This document shows positions 35,701 to 46,991 of a DNA stretch of 64,000 nucleotides, piece after piece. The position numbers and the translations under genes are program-made. The DNA comes from Squalus acanthias. Its lineage: Eukaryota. Below the pieces are notes generated by a model. That model was not told the origin of the DNA. It did not search any database and was given only the letters and a program-made list of their open reading frames with translations. Numbering within the stretch: the stretch's first letter is position 1; each line of letters starts with the position of its first letter. The stretch spans positions 260,896,001 to 260,960,000 of the forward strand of contig CM059425.1 of the NCBI GenBank assembly GCA_030390025.1. The letters are read 5' to 3'.

Positions 35701-38700
35701 GTATCAACCTCGCAAACTCAATTTCAGTACACTCTTCAGAGAGGAGTTGCAGAATTCTGGGGGGGTTTCCGGACCCTCATAATATCCAGAAGGTTACACT
35801 CTAGTTAAACTTATTAAAAGTGCTATCCGGAGGACGGTAACATCTTCAGGCCATTTCTTTCCTTTAGGGAGAGGTAATCTGACCTTTAGACCCAATTAAG
35901 CATCTCTAGGATTCAGCTACCGCTAACTTTAGTTGAAGGTGAACGTCTGGGGAATACGCCTGATCTGGGGTAGTCTGAAAGGGCTAGGACTTGTAATTAT
36001 CCCTTCAAACTAGCAAGAAATGTAAAAACAGACAATAAGAGCTTCTACAGGTATATAAAAAGGAAGAGAATAACTAAAGTAAACATTAGTCCCTTAGAAG
36101 ATGAGACTGGGGAATTAATAATGGGAAACAGGGAAATGGCAGAGACTTTGAACAAACCCCTTCATCTCCGCAATCAACCTCGTGAACCGCCTCCAATGCA
36201 AGTATATCCTTTGTTAAATGAGGAGACCAAAACTGTACGCAGTACTCCAGGTGTGGACTCACCAACGCCCTGTACAGATGTAACAAGGCTTCCCTACTTT
36301 TATACTCCACTCCCTTTGCAATAAAGTCCAACATTCCATTTGCCTTCCTAATTACTTGCTGTACCTGCATGCTGGGGAAGCTGGTTACAGAGAACGTCAG
36401 CGTATGACGTTTCATCTGTCAAAAATTTTTGACAGTTGAATTGTCATCGTTTGCTGGAAATAGTCATTGCTTGGCACTTGTGTGGCGCGAATGTTACTTG
36501 CCACTTATCAGCCCAAGCCTGAATGTCATCCAGGTCTTGTTGCATGCGGGCATAGACTGCTTCATTATCTGAGGAGTTGTGAATGGCACTGACCACTGTG
36601 CAGTCATCAGCGAACATCCCCATTTCTGATCTTATGTTGGAGGGAAGGTCATTGATGAAGCAGCTGAAGATGGTTGGGCCTAGGACACTGCGCTGAGGAA
36701 CTCCTGCAGCGATGTTCTAGGGCTGTGATGATTGACCTCCAATCACCACAACCATCTTCCTTTGTGCTAGGTATGACTCCAGCCAGTGGAGAGTTTTCCC
36801 CCCGATTCCCATTGACTTTAGTTTTACTAGGGCTCCTTCATGCCACACTCTGTCAAATGCTGCCTTGATGTCAAGGGCAGTCACCCTCACCTCGCCTCTG
36901 GAATTCAGCTGCTCTGTTCATGTTTGGACCAAGGCTGTAATGACATCAGGAGCCGAGTGGTCTTGGCGGAATCCAAACTGGGCTTCATGTGAGCAGGTTA
37001 TTGGTGAGTAAGTGCCGCTTCATAGCACTGTTGATGACACCTTCGATGATTGAGAGTAAACTGATGGGGCGGTAATTGGCCGGATTGGAACTGTCCTGCT
37101 TTTTGTGGACAGGACATAGCTGGGCAGCTTTCCACATTGTCGGATAGATGCAAGTGTTGTAGCTGTACTGGAACAGCTTGGCTAGAGGCGCGGCTATTTC
37201 TGGAGCACAAGTCTTCAGCACGATAGCCGGGATGTTATCGGGGCCCATAGCCTTTGCTGTATGCAGTGCGCTCAGCCGTTTCTTGATATCACATGGAGTG
37301 AATCGAATTGGCTGAAGACTGGCTTCTGTGATGGTGGGGACCTCAGGAGGAGGCCGATATGGATCATCCACTCGGCACTTCTGGCTGAAGATAGTTTCAA
37401 ATGCTTCAGCCTTGTCTTTTGCACTCATGTGCTGGGCTCCACCATAATTGAGGATGGGGATATTCATGGAGGCTCCTCCTCCCGTTAGTTGTTTAATTCA
37501 CGACTGGATGTGGCAGGACTGCAAAGCTTTGATCAGATCTGTTGATTGTGGGAGCGCACTTTCCGCTGTTTGCACTTGGCTTCCGTTTGCTCCCGGCGAA
37601 GAGACTCAAGGTGTTCGGCGCCTTCCCGGATGCTTCTCCTCCACTTTGTGCGGTCTTGGGCCAGGGATTCCCAGGTGTCGGTGGGGATGTTTCATTTTTT
37701 CAAGGAGGCTTTGAGGGTGTCATGGTAGCGTTTCCTCTGCCTACCTGGGGCTCTCTTGCCATGTCGGAGCTCCGAGTAGAGCGCTTGTTTTGGGAGTCTC
37801 GTATCGGGCATGCGGATGATGTGGCCCGTCCATCGGAGCTGATCGAGCATCATCAGAGCTTCGACGCTGGGGATGTTGGCCTGAGTGAGAACACTGACAT
37901 TGGTGCGCCTATCCTGCCAATGGATTTGCAGGATCTTGCGGAGGCAGCGTTGATGGTTCCTCTCCAGTGCTTTAAGGTGCCTGCTGTACATGGTCCATGT
38001 CTCTGAAGCATACAGGAGGGCGGGTATCACTACTGCTCTGTAGACCATGAGCTTAGTGCCGGGTTTGAGATCATCGTCTTCAAACACTCACTTCCTCAGG
38101 TGACCGATGGCTGCACTGGCACACTGAAGGCGATGTTGGACTTCGTCATCGACGTCTGCCCTTGTTGACAGTAGGCTCCTGTGGTATGGAAAGTGGTCCA
38201 CGTTGTCCAAGGCCTCGTCGTGGATTTTGATAATCGGGGAGCAGTACTGTGTGGCGGGGGCAGGTTGGTTGAGGACCTTTGTCTTACGGATGTTTAGTGT
38301 AAGGCCCATGCTCTCCTACGCTTTGGTGAAAGTGTTGACGATGGTTTGGAGTTCGACCTCAGTGTGTGCGCAGACGCAAGCGTCGTCTGCATACTGTAAT
38401 TTGATGACAGATGATGGGACAACTTTGGATCTGGACTGGAGGCGATGGAGGTTGAACAGTTTCCTGTTTGTTCTGTAGATTAGCTCCACTCCAGCGGGGA
38501 GCTTACTGACGGTGAGATGGAGCATTGCAGCCAGGAAGATCGAGAAGTGTGTTGGTGCGATGACACAGCCTTGCTTGACCCCGGTCCGTATGTGAATTGG
38601 GTCCGTGGTGGATCCATTGGTCAGGATCACAGCTTGCATGTTGTCGTGAAGCAGGCGGAGGATGTTGCCAAACTTTTGAGGGCAGCCGAATTTGAGGAGG

Positions 38701-41700
38701 ACACTCCATAATCCCTCACGGTTGACAGTGTCGAAGGCGTTTGTGAGATCAAAGAAGGCCATGTACAGCGGTTGGTGCTGTTCCCTGCATTTCTCTTGTA
38801 TTTGACACGCGGTGAAGATCATGTCCATTGTGCCCCTTAGTGGGCGGAATCCGCATTGTGACTCTGGGAGGAGCTCTTCAGCCACTGGGAGAAGGCGATT
38901 GAGGAGGATTCTTGCGATGGCTTTCCTTGTGGCAGACAGCATGGAAACTCCTCTGTAATTACTGCAATCGGACGTGTCACCTTTCTTGAAGATGGTCACG
39001 ATTACGACGTCTCTGAAATCTCCTGGCATGCTCTCCTCCTTTCAAATAAGAGAAATGAGTTCATGTATTCGGGCCAATAGTGCTTCTCCGCCATGCTTTA
39101 GTGCCTCGGCAGGGATTCCATCTGCTCCTGAGGCCTTGTTGTTCTTCAGTTGTCGGATGGCCTTTTCAACCTCATGCCGGGCTGTGGTTGTGCTGAGATG
39201 GTGGCGGGTAGCATGCTGCGGGATGGAGTTGAGGACACTCGCGTCAAAGACAGAGTCTCAGTTAAGGAGATCTTCGAAGTGCTCCTTCCAGCGGGCACTG
39301 ACTGCCTCTCTGTCCTTGATGAGTACCTCTCCGTTCTTGGCCCGCAGTGGGGTAGGACCTTGGGTGATTGGGCCATAGGCGGTCTTGACTGCGCTAAAGA
39401 ATCCACGCACGTTGTGGTTGTCGGCTAGCTGCTGGATCTCCTGCGCTTTCTCCGCCCACCACCTGTTCTTTAGGTCGCAAATTTTTTGTTGGACCTCGGC
39501 CTTCCGGCATCTGTAGAACTGCTTTCTTGCTCTCGAGTTGTGTTGCTGTTTCCAGATCAGGAATGCCTTGCGCTTGCGGTTTATTAGCTCCTGGCTCTCC
39601 TGGTCGTTCTCGTTGAACCAGTCTTGGTGTTTCCTGGTCAAGTGACCGAGCGTCTCTTCACAGGTGCTGATTATGGAGGTCTTGAGTGCAGACCAGGCGC
39701 TGTGGACACTCTGGGCTGGATTTTGAAACTGGAGTTGGGTTGGGGTCGGGAATCACACATTCTGGCTTGTGAACCCGCCTCCATCGAGATGTGGCCAACC
39801 CACTGTATTTTCCCTTGATTGACCTTGTTGAGCCCGCCCAGTGGGCTCAGCAGGCCAATTAAGGGCCACCCGGCAACAGGTGACATCACAGACTGACATT
39901 TCATCTGTCAAGAGCTTTTGACAGATGAAATATCAGCGTTTGACAGCTCTGTGAAGCTGTCAAACACTCACAATATGATTTCTAACTTCAGTCCTTCCTT
40001 TCAGGCTGACGTAGAAATCATTCCAGCACAGAAAACAGAAGGCTGCAGTTTTTGACAGAACCACGGCTTTCCTGCTTTCTGTGCCGGTGAGATTTCTAAC
40101 TCCCGAGAACAGAAGGGCTGACACCTGCAGGAGAAAGTTAAGGTAAGTAAAACTTTTTCCAACACTTAGCACTTACCTTACACACTTACCTCTGCACACA
40201 TGCACCCATCACTCACCTGCCCACCAGACATATCGACCCCTCCAACCCCTGCAGACACACGGCCCGCCCCGATAACTTGGTGTGGTTGCCACCTGTCAGG
40301 AAGCCCACACTTTTCTTTTTAAAATAGGGATTATGCAAAAAACTGCCTGTTAACTACCTGTTAACAGGCAGTTAATTATCACTAATCCCTTCCCGCCTTG
40401 GGGAGTCGGGTCTCAGCACAGGTTGGGTACCCGCCGCCAAAGAAACTGGCATGGAGGCGGGATGGGGTCGGGACCCCCGAATCTGCAACTTTAACCCCCC
40501 CCCCCCCCCCCCCCGCCGCCTCCAAACCCGACTCCACGGGTCATTGAAAATCCAACCCTCTGTGTCTCTGAATCACTGGGAGTCGTCAGGCTGGTTGTGA
40601 GGCGCAGGCTGAATAGGGCTTTCTTAGCAGGGTCTTTGAGTTCTCCAGCGTTGATTTTCCTGCGGCATTGCTTCTGTTGCTGCCGCTGTTTTGGGGCTAC
40701 ATTGATGGAGATGACAGAGCGAATCAGGCAGTGGTCTGTCCAGCAGTCGTTAGCTCCTGTCATGGCGCGGGTGATGTGGACGTCCTTGCGGTCCTTCGCT
40801 CGGACGATGACGTAATCCAGCAGATGCCAGGGCTTGGAGCGAGGGTTTAGCACGGTGGTAGTGCCACACAGCACGATGGAGGGTGTCCTCAGTGTGAAGA
40901 AGGGTCTTTATCTCCACAATGACTGTGCAGTGGTCACTTCTACCAATACTGTCATGGACAGATGCATCTGCGACAAGTAGATTGGGGAGGACGAGGTCAA
41001 GTAGGTTTTTCCCTTGTGTTGGTTCTCTCACCACCTGTCGCAGGCCCAGACTGGCAGTTATGTCCTTCAGGACTCAGCCAGCTCGGTCAGTAGTGGTGCT
41101 ACTGAGCCACTCTTGGTGATGGATATTGAAGTCCCCCACCCAGAGCGCATTCTGTGCCCTTGCTACTCTCAATGCTTCTTCCAATGGTTTTCCAAGCTGA
41201 TGCATCAGCTGAGGGAGGGCGGCAGGTGGTAATCAGCAGGAGGTTTCCTTGCCCATGCTTGACCTGAAGCCATGAGACTTCATGGGGTCCGGAGTCAATG
41301 TTAAGAACTCCCAGGGCCATTCCTTCCCGACTATATACCACTGTGCCACCACCCCTGGTGGGTCTGTCCTGCCGGTGGGACAGGACATACCCAGGGATGG
41401 TGATGGAGGAGTTTGGGACATTGGCTGAAAGGTATGATTCTGTGAGTATGGGCTGGATTTTGCCAGCCCTGGGGAGGCAGGTTTTGAGGCGGGACTGCCG
41501 GGAAAATGGCAGAATCTGGGGGCGGGTACCCAACCCGCCCCCAACCCGCCTACATACCATATTCCCAGGAGGCGGGCAGCCAACCCACGCCGGGTCCCGC
41601 CTCCTGGAGGCGGGGAGGGGATTACAGCCACTTATCTGCCTGTTAACAGGCAGTTAAGAGGATTATTCCCATTTTTCCAACAGAGGCGCGGGATTCCCAA

Positions 41701-44700
41701 CATCGGAATTCCCCGCCAGGGTCAGCGAGACGAGCAGTGGGTCTGCGGGGGTCGGAGGGGTGCAAAAGTGCACTGTGGAGGTAAATGATGGGTGCAAGTG
41801 TGGAGAGGTAAGTATGTGCGGTGAGTGAAAAGTGATAGAAAATGTTTACTTACCTTTGTTTCTTCCTGCAGGCTTCAACAGTTGGGGATGCGGAGACTCT
41901 CGCATCTCACCGGCAGAGATGACAGATGTCTGCTGCATTCTCCGATGCAACAGCCATCTGATTTCTGCTCACAAAAGAGGTTTGATGAGTCTTGAATACA
42001 AGGACTTGTCAAACAATAGAGAATGTCAGTGTTTGACAGCTTCACAGAGTTGTCAAATGATGACAATTCAACTGTCAAAAATTTTTGACAGATGAAATGT
42101 CATACGCTGACATTCTCTGTAACTGGCTTCCCCATAATTGGCCTGCTAAGCCCGCTGGGTGGGCTTAACAAGGTCAATCAAGGGAAAATAGCGTGGGTTG
42201 GCCACAAGTCGATGGAGGCGGGACTAAAACCCGACAAGCAGCAGTCCCGCCTCCAACGCACCCCCATTGGCAAAATCACCCCTATGACTATGTCAGGCTG
42301 TTGCTTGACTAGTCTGTGGGACAGCTCTCCTAATTTTGGCACAAGTCCCCAGATGTTGGTGCGGAGGACTTTGCAGGGTCGACTGGGCTGGGTATGCCAT
42401 TGTCCTTTCTGTAGCCGGTGCCGGCTTGGTCCTCCTTTGCTGAATTCTAAAATCCTCAGGCTCACTACTCTTTTTGGCAACATTATAAGCCTCTTCCTTT
42501 GATCTAATACAATCTTTAACTTCTCTTGTTAGCCACGGTTGGACCACTTTTCCTGTGGGGTTTTTGTGCCTTAAAGGAATGTATATTTGTTGTAAATTAT
42601 GTATTAATTCTTTAAATGCTAGCCATTGCTTGTCTACTGTCATACCTTTTAATGTAATTTCCCAATCTACCTTAGCCAACTCGCCCCTCATACCTACGTA
42701 GTTTGCTTTGTTTAGATTTAAGACCCTAGTTTCGGATTTAACTAAATTACTTTCAAGCTCAATATAACATTTTATTATATTATGGTCATTCTTCCCTAAA
42801 GGCCCCTTTACGGCAAGGTTATTAATTAACCCTTTCTCATTGCACAATACTAAATCTAAAATAACCTGTTCCCTAGTTGGTTCCTCAACATACTGATCTA
42901 GAAAACTATCTTGCATACATTCCATGAATTCGTCCGTCACACTATTACTGCAAATTTGGTTTGCCCAGTCTATATGTAGATTAAAGTCCCCCATGATTAC
43001 TGTATTACCCTTGCTACATGCACCTCTAATTTCCTGATTTATACTCTGCCCTACATTATAACTACTGTTTGGGGGCCTATAAATAACTCCCACCAATGTT
43101 TTCTGCCCCTTGCTGTTTCTTAGCTCTACCCAAACTGATTCTACTTCTTCATTTTCGGAGTTAAGATCCTTTTGCTCTACTGTCTTTATCCCATCCTTTA
43201 TTATCAGGGCTACCCCCTCCTCCTTTTCCATCTTGACTATCTCTTCTAAAAGTTAAGTATCCTTGAATATTTCGTTCCTAACCTTGGCCACATTGCAACC
43301 ACGTGTAAGGTTTCCAAAATTTGCAGATCCCCAAAACCTAAGGAAAAAGGACTTTGGAACTACCTCAGAGTGATAAAATGCATTTGGGCCTAACATAAGG
43401 AATTTAAGACCAAAAACCAAGTTTTGGCATTTTAAAAGACATGTCTGGACCTGTGAGGGAGAAAAGGCTGCACAGGAGGTGGGTTCGACCTCTGTAAAAG
43501 CAGTTTTGGGTATTGCAGTTAAATTGCATTGTCTGGGGAATCGGGATGACCTCACTCAAGCCCCAGCAAGCATTAACATTTGGACAATAGACCCTGGGAG
43601 AAGGCAGCCCCACCCAAAACACAGGCCCCATTAAAACCTATCACAGACCCATCAAAACCATGCATAATTCAAATCGCTCAGGACCATTCTATAGAAAAAC
43701 CCGAGTCCAGCCTAGAAACCCAAAACACGAAACCAATCACCTGTAATCAACCGAAGAGATCGACAGGACGCAAGCCATTTGACACTTAGTAAAGTTGTTA
43801 CTGTTAACGAGGTCTTACAATGACCGGGATTTGATTTGGTTTTGATAAGGCCACTTCAATTTAGTATAATTGAAGGCCCATCAAGCAGTTACAACAGTTC
43901 AAGTTCTCCAGTAAAACAGTTCAAGTTAAACAGAATTGAAAGCCTGTGTTGAACAGAAGTCAGGGCTGCAGTTACAGAAGCAGGCAGAAGGCAGTTTCCA
44001 CAGTTCTGCAAGAAGGCAGTTTCCACAGTTCTGCAAGAAGGCAGTTCCACAGCTCGGAAGAAGACAGTTTAAACAGAGGCAGAGTTACAGCAAGAAGTTA
44101 AACAAAGAAGGCCAACAGCTTCACAAGCAGACCGACACGCAAGAAGAAACCAGAGCGACTGCCTCAGTGACCATCGGACACCTCTCGGCAACAAGGGCCT
44201 TACGAAACCTTTTACTCAAAAGACTCTAAACCCTAACTCTCAACTGTCAAGGATTCGTTTGGTGAGCATTATCCCTGGTTCTCCAGAGTCCAACCTAGCT
44301 AGTGAAGTGGGATTGGGAGGGGTGAAGTATTCTTCTAATGTTATTTCCCTCGCTTGTACCGAAGTGTTCCCCAGCTTTAGAGTGATAAGAGTGTTTGTGT
44401 TGTGTTTTACTTCCTTGAATAAAAGTCAAAGTTCTTTCATCAAACCTGTTGTCTACTGCAACTTTGTTCACGACCCCTAAATAAGTCCAAGATCTAGAAC
44501 CAGGGGCGTGGGAGCGATTCGAACCGCTCACTGAGTCAGAGGTGAGGCTGACCCCCGCTCACCACCCCCTACACACGTCTTTGTAATGGCTATTAGATCA
44601 AACCTATTAATTTCCATCTGCGCTATTAATTCATCTATTTTGTTGCGAATGCTTCGTACAGTCAGATATAGTCCCTTTAGCTTTGACTTATTTCTGTTTT

Positions 44701-45964
44701 TCCCTGATGTCACCTTAGTCACTGGTCCTTTATTAGCTTTGTTACTCTCTCTGTCCCTTCCTGACCCACTCTGCTTATTTTTACCCAAAACTCTACTCTG
44801 CTCACGAGCCTTGACATGTCTCTCGTTGCTTTTAAATTTACTCTTTCCTGAATCCTCCTATCCAAGGACAAGAGATTTAAATTGAATGTATGATGGGATG
44901 GGGAGCCAGAAAAGGTCGGGGGGTGATCCTCACGAGCAGACAAAGAAGACTGGCAGGAAGAGACCAGCTGGCACCTTCGGGGATGAAGAGGAGACAGAGA
45001 ATAATCACTTCTCCCAGACAGCTGCCTACACCAGCTCTTGGCTCCCTCTGCCACATCCAGTATCTCCACCACCCTTGATTTCCCCAGCCAAACAATGGCT
45101 AACCACGCTACAGGACAGGTTGAAAAATTAATCAAAGAGGCTAATGGCATATTCGCCTTCATATTGAGAGGGCTAGAATATAAAAGGGAAGCAGCTTTGC
45201 TACAGCTATACAAAGCTCTGGTTAGACCGCATAATGTGTACAGTTCTGGGCACCACACATAAGAGAGGACATATTGGCCTTGGAAAGAGTGCAGTGCAGT
45301 TTCACCAGAATGTTACCAGGTCTCCAAGGGTTAGATTATGAGGAGAGATTACATAATCTAGGCTTGTAGTCCCTTGGATGTAGAAGGTTAAAGGGTGATT
45401 TGATTGAGGTTTTTAAGACATTGAAAGGAATTGATAGGGTAGATAGAGAGATATTTTTTCACTGGTGGGGGAGTCTAGGACAAGGGGACATAAACTCACA
45501 TTCAGAGCCAGGCGTTTCACCAGAGAAGTTAGGAAACACTTCTTCACGCAAAGTGTGGAACTCTCTGCTGTAAAAAGCTCAAGAAATAATTTTAAATCTG
45601 AGATCGATAGATTTTTGCTAGCCAAGGGTATTAAGGGATATGGAGCCAAGGCGATAAGATACAGATCACCATGATCTCAATGGATGGCAGAACAGGCTCG
45701 AGGGGCTGAATGGCCTCCCCCTGTTCCCATGTTTCTTGTGTCTCGCTAGAAACCAGACGCTCACTCTAACCCTCCCTGTTTCTCTGACTCTGACCGTCGC
45801 CGCTCTGGACTTTCACCCACTCACAACCCTGCGGTGAAATGATAAAAAGGAGCAGTTTGTGCAACAAAATGAATTTGAACAGTAGTTATTGGAAAGCACC
45901 TACTGTAACCCCGCACCGAGACCGACAGCAGGACTGCGGAAAGCCAAACGTAGAGAGAATTCAT
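23780..45964 (-). CDS. SIGLEC15-like: Spliced gene for a Siglec-15-like type I membrane receptor (signal peptide, V-set, V-set, TM with Lys, short tail), ~309 aa. Exons 45964-45904, 29174-28776, 28417-28064, 26006-25907, 23795-23780
   Basis: Exons are bounded by AG/GT with polypyrimidine tracts and chain in phase (1,1,1,2) with no internal stop: 61+399+354+100+16=930 nt. V1 (GWTMSGADAVTAEEGGSAVLPCSFTHP...IFNC...AELC...RFRFVGNLSNKDISIMMERLSPADSGEYRCRV) closely follows the Siglec-15 V domain as I recall it (WSMQV...AVLPCTFTHP...VFRC...SELC...RFRLLGN...DLSLRVERL...YFCRV). Confidence 0.8.
23915..25652 (+). mobile_element. CR1 LINE (RT to 3' end) in the last intron of the Siglec-like gene
   Basis: RT motifs [10 protein letters not shown] and KFADDTKIG; ttctatgattctatga tail. 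Confidence 0.9.
25907..26006 (-). CDS. SIGLEC15-like: Transmembrane exon (V)AEAFPIAILCIPLGVKLLALFVMCIILFRDKT
   Basis: Not in the ORF track; read by hand. Acceptor ctcactttctgttcag|TT, donor CCAG|GTATGT, 100 nt, phase 1-2. Hydrophobic helix with a central Lys, followed by basic stop-transfer residues. Confidence 0.85.
26383..26716. repeat. Perfect 30-bp minisatellite (aatacaagagtactcacagtgacagaggca) x~11, degenerate copies back to ~26205
   Basis: Direct inspection. Confidence 0.97.
27120..27983 (-). mobile_element. Older copy of the same SINE in opposite orientation, host of the 27216-27648 copy
   Basis: Reverse-complement head gctacccactgagcca and core gggatcttttacatccacctgag. Confidence 0.75.
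27216..27648 (+). mobile_element. Deu-domain tRNA SINE (SacSINE1-like) with TAGTCA TSD
   Basis: A-box tggctcagtgg, B-box gggttcaagtccc, Deu core ctcaggtggatgtaaaggatcccatggc; TSD at 27210-27215 and 27649-27654. Confidence 0.85.
28064..28417 (-). CDS. SIGLEC15-like: Ig V-set domain 2 exon
   Basis: Acceptor tttgtcctttcctcag|CT, donor CATG|GTAAGA, 354 nt, phase 1-1. Motifs VTLPC...VTW...DSHTYLC with long V-type Cys spacing; G-strand NETRLEV. Confidence 0.92.
28776..29174 (-). CDS. SIGLEC15-like: Ig V-set domain 1 exon (Siglec-15-like sialic-acid-binding domain)
   Basis: Acceptor ctctctctccccacag|AG, donor AGAG|GTGAGG, 399 nt, phase 1-1. B-strand LPC, C-strand W (VMWY), F-strand DSGEYRCR, and an extra Cys pair (FNC...ELC). 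Confidence 0.92.
29288..30742 (-). mobile_element. Non-autonomous Harbinger-like DNA transposon with decayed Myb/SANT-like ORF
   Basis: ORF 29998-30636 contains SRDSLHMLMEGV...AAWLHI...RRTRLQWRKPFNDL, a Harbinger-associated Myb-like trihelix; boundaries approximate. Confidence 0.6.
30797..31738. repeat. 69-bp minisatellite, ~13.6 copies
   Basis: Unit gtgagttacagtctggaatctaatcgaggggttcgggtggtttatttatagaataatggatacctggga, first units at 30797 and 30866. Confidence 0.97.
32066..36152 (+). mobile_element. CR1 LINE 5' half (5' UTR, ORF1 zinc finger/leucine zipper/esterase, ORF2 endonuclease), interrupted by a solo LTR
   Basis: ORF 32442-33146 MAGQAMCCSC...HICSKC...LIGDSIVR; decayed APE downstream; flanked by minus-strand CR1 pieces. 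Confidence 0.9.
34560..36007 (+). mobile_element. Solo LTR (1448 bp), TG...CA, 4-bp TSD AACT
   Basis: Interrupts CR1 at gagtaaact|...|aactagcaag. Termini tgtaatgggataa / ttatcccttca; internal TATAAAA and AATAAA. Confidence 0.85.
36460..37550 (-). mobile_element. CR1/L2-group LINE RT fragment
   Basis: KAMGPDNIPAIVLKTCAPE...NYRPISLLS motif. Confidence 0.85.
37553..40835 (-). mobile_element. RTE LINE (decayed EN-RT), interrupted by a MITE at 39713-40558
   Basis: HLLDYVIVR, NYRGVSML, ESQCGFR, GVKQGCVIAP and LQYADD motifs. Confidence 0.9.
39713..40558. mobile_element. Harbinger-like MITE, 3-bp TSD TCT
   Basis: TIRs gggctggatttt / aaaatccaaccc; flanks TCT...TCT. Confidence 0.85.
41450..42282. 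mobile_element. Harbinger-like MITE, 3-bp TSD TAT, related to 39713-40558 in inverted orientation
   Basis: TIRs gggctggattttgcc / ggcaaaatcacccc; flanks TAT...TAT; internal palindrome ctgtcaaaaatttttgacag. Confidence 0.85.
42424..44880 (-). mobile_element. CR1 LINE ORF2 endonuclease region, split by a solo LTR
   Basis: ORF 42293-43231 has GVIYRPPN...MGDFN; ORF 44528-44788 has RSIRNKIDEL. Confidence 0.85.
43304..44573 (+). mobile_element. Solo LTR (1270 bp), TG...CA, 4-bp TSD CACG
   Basis: caaccacg|tgtaagg ... ccctaca|cacgtc; AATAAA near 44418; internal short tandem repeats at ~43990-44060. Confidence 0.85.
45105..45740 (+). mobile_element. CR1 LINE 3' fragment
   Basis: LYKALVRPH and RTRGH motifs; CR1 3' stem-loop/tail. 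Confidence 0.85.
45904..45964 (-). CDS. SIGLEC15-like: Leader (signal peptide) exon MNSLYVWLSAVLLSVSVRGY
   Basis: ATG at 45964 in a non-repetitive island, then a hydrophobic stretch. Phase-1 donor ACA|GTAGGT is compatible with the V1 exon. An alternative donor TCG|GTGCGG (exon end 45917) plus a 34-nt exon 45828-45795 is also in frame. Confidence 0.65.
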
Positions 45965-46039
45965 CGCCAGATCTTCGGTGTTCCGTCCTTCTCCCTCGCT
46001 GCTTTTTGTCTCCTGACACCGAAATACAGAAGTTGCTCG

Positions 46040-46215
46040 AAGTATTTTTTCACTTCCTGTGGAACCTGCAAAAACTGTTGATCAATCTCACTGAATGCAA
46101 GAGGCTAAGAGGAAGTCTCTTTATGTTGAGCACAAACCGAGAGTGAAGTGTTGCTGACTAACAGACCAGGGATATTTATATAACTGCTGGCAAAAAGAGG
46201 CAGAAACCACAGCAT
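46040..46215 (-). promoter_or_regulatory. Putative haematopoietic promoter: ETS-IRF composite GGAAGTGAAA (46057-46048), PU.1-type AAGAGGAAGT (46107-46116, + strand), RUNX AACCACA (46205-46211)
   Basis: Consensus motifs clustered 85-250 bp upstream of the leader ATG in non-repetitive sequence. Confidence 0.5.
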
Positions 46216-46991
46216 CAAGTGAGAATGAGAGATGCTGCATTAGCTTCCAATGTTGTTGGCAGAATGTCCATCGAGCTCCAGGGGGGTTAAATTGATTAGC
46301 GGGGAGAACGGGCGTGGGGATGTCGGTACGCGATGAACCCATGTCCCAGATTGTGCTGCACGCAACAGGTAAAATCCGTGCTACCTGCTGATTTCCATGA
46401 TTGCTGCATGCAGCCAGCGCTACCCGCGCTGTTGATTGGTTGCACGCATCAGGAGGAGGACCGAAATCGGGAATGCACAATGCCATTTAAAGGCAGCAAG
46501 CACCTCTTAAAGGGGAGGTGGATTGGAGTTTCTAGAAGTGGTCTGAGAAACTGACCTGAGAGATCTATCACACAAATGACTGACCCTGGGAGACAGCGGG
46601 CACCAAGGTTCTCTGACACTGCACTGGAGGCCTTGGCGCAGGAGATGGAGAGGAGGAGGGACATTCTCCCAGGGGGGAAGAGAGCCCTGATAGCATATGC
46701 TGAGGAAGCAGTGGGAGGAGATCGCAGAGGAGGTGAATGCGAAGAATCTGGACCCACATACCTGGATGCAGTGGGAAGAAGTTCAATTATCTGACAAGAG
46801 TTGTCAAGGTCAATCTTCAAATGGCTTCTCATAACAGCTGCACCACTATCCTCATCACTGCTGAATTGACACCACCCACATCCCCCACCACCTACAATTT
46901 CTTCAACATTTCTGAACACTTCAATCAACATGCTTGACGTCACCCTCTCGCATGCAGTAATGTAGAAAACTTCACACCAACAACTTGCATC

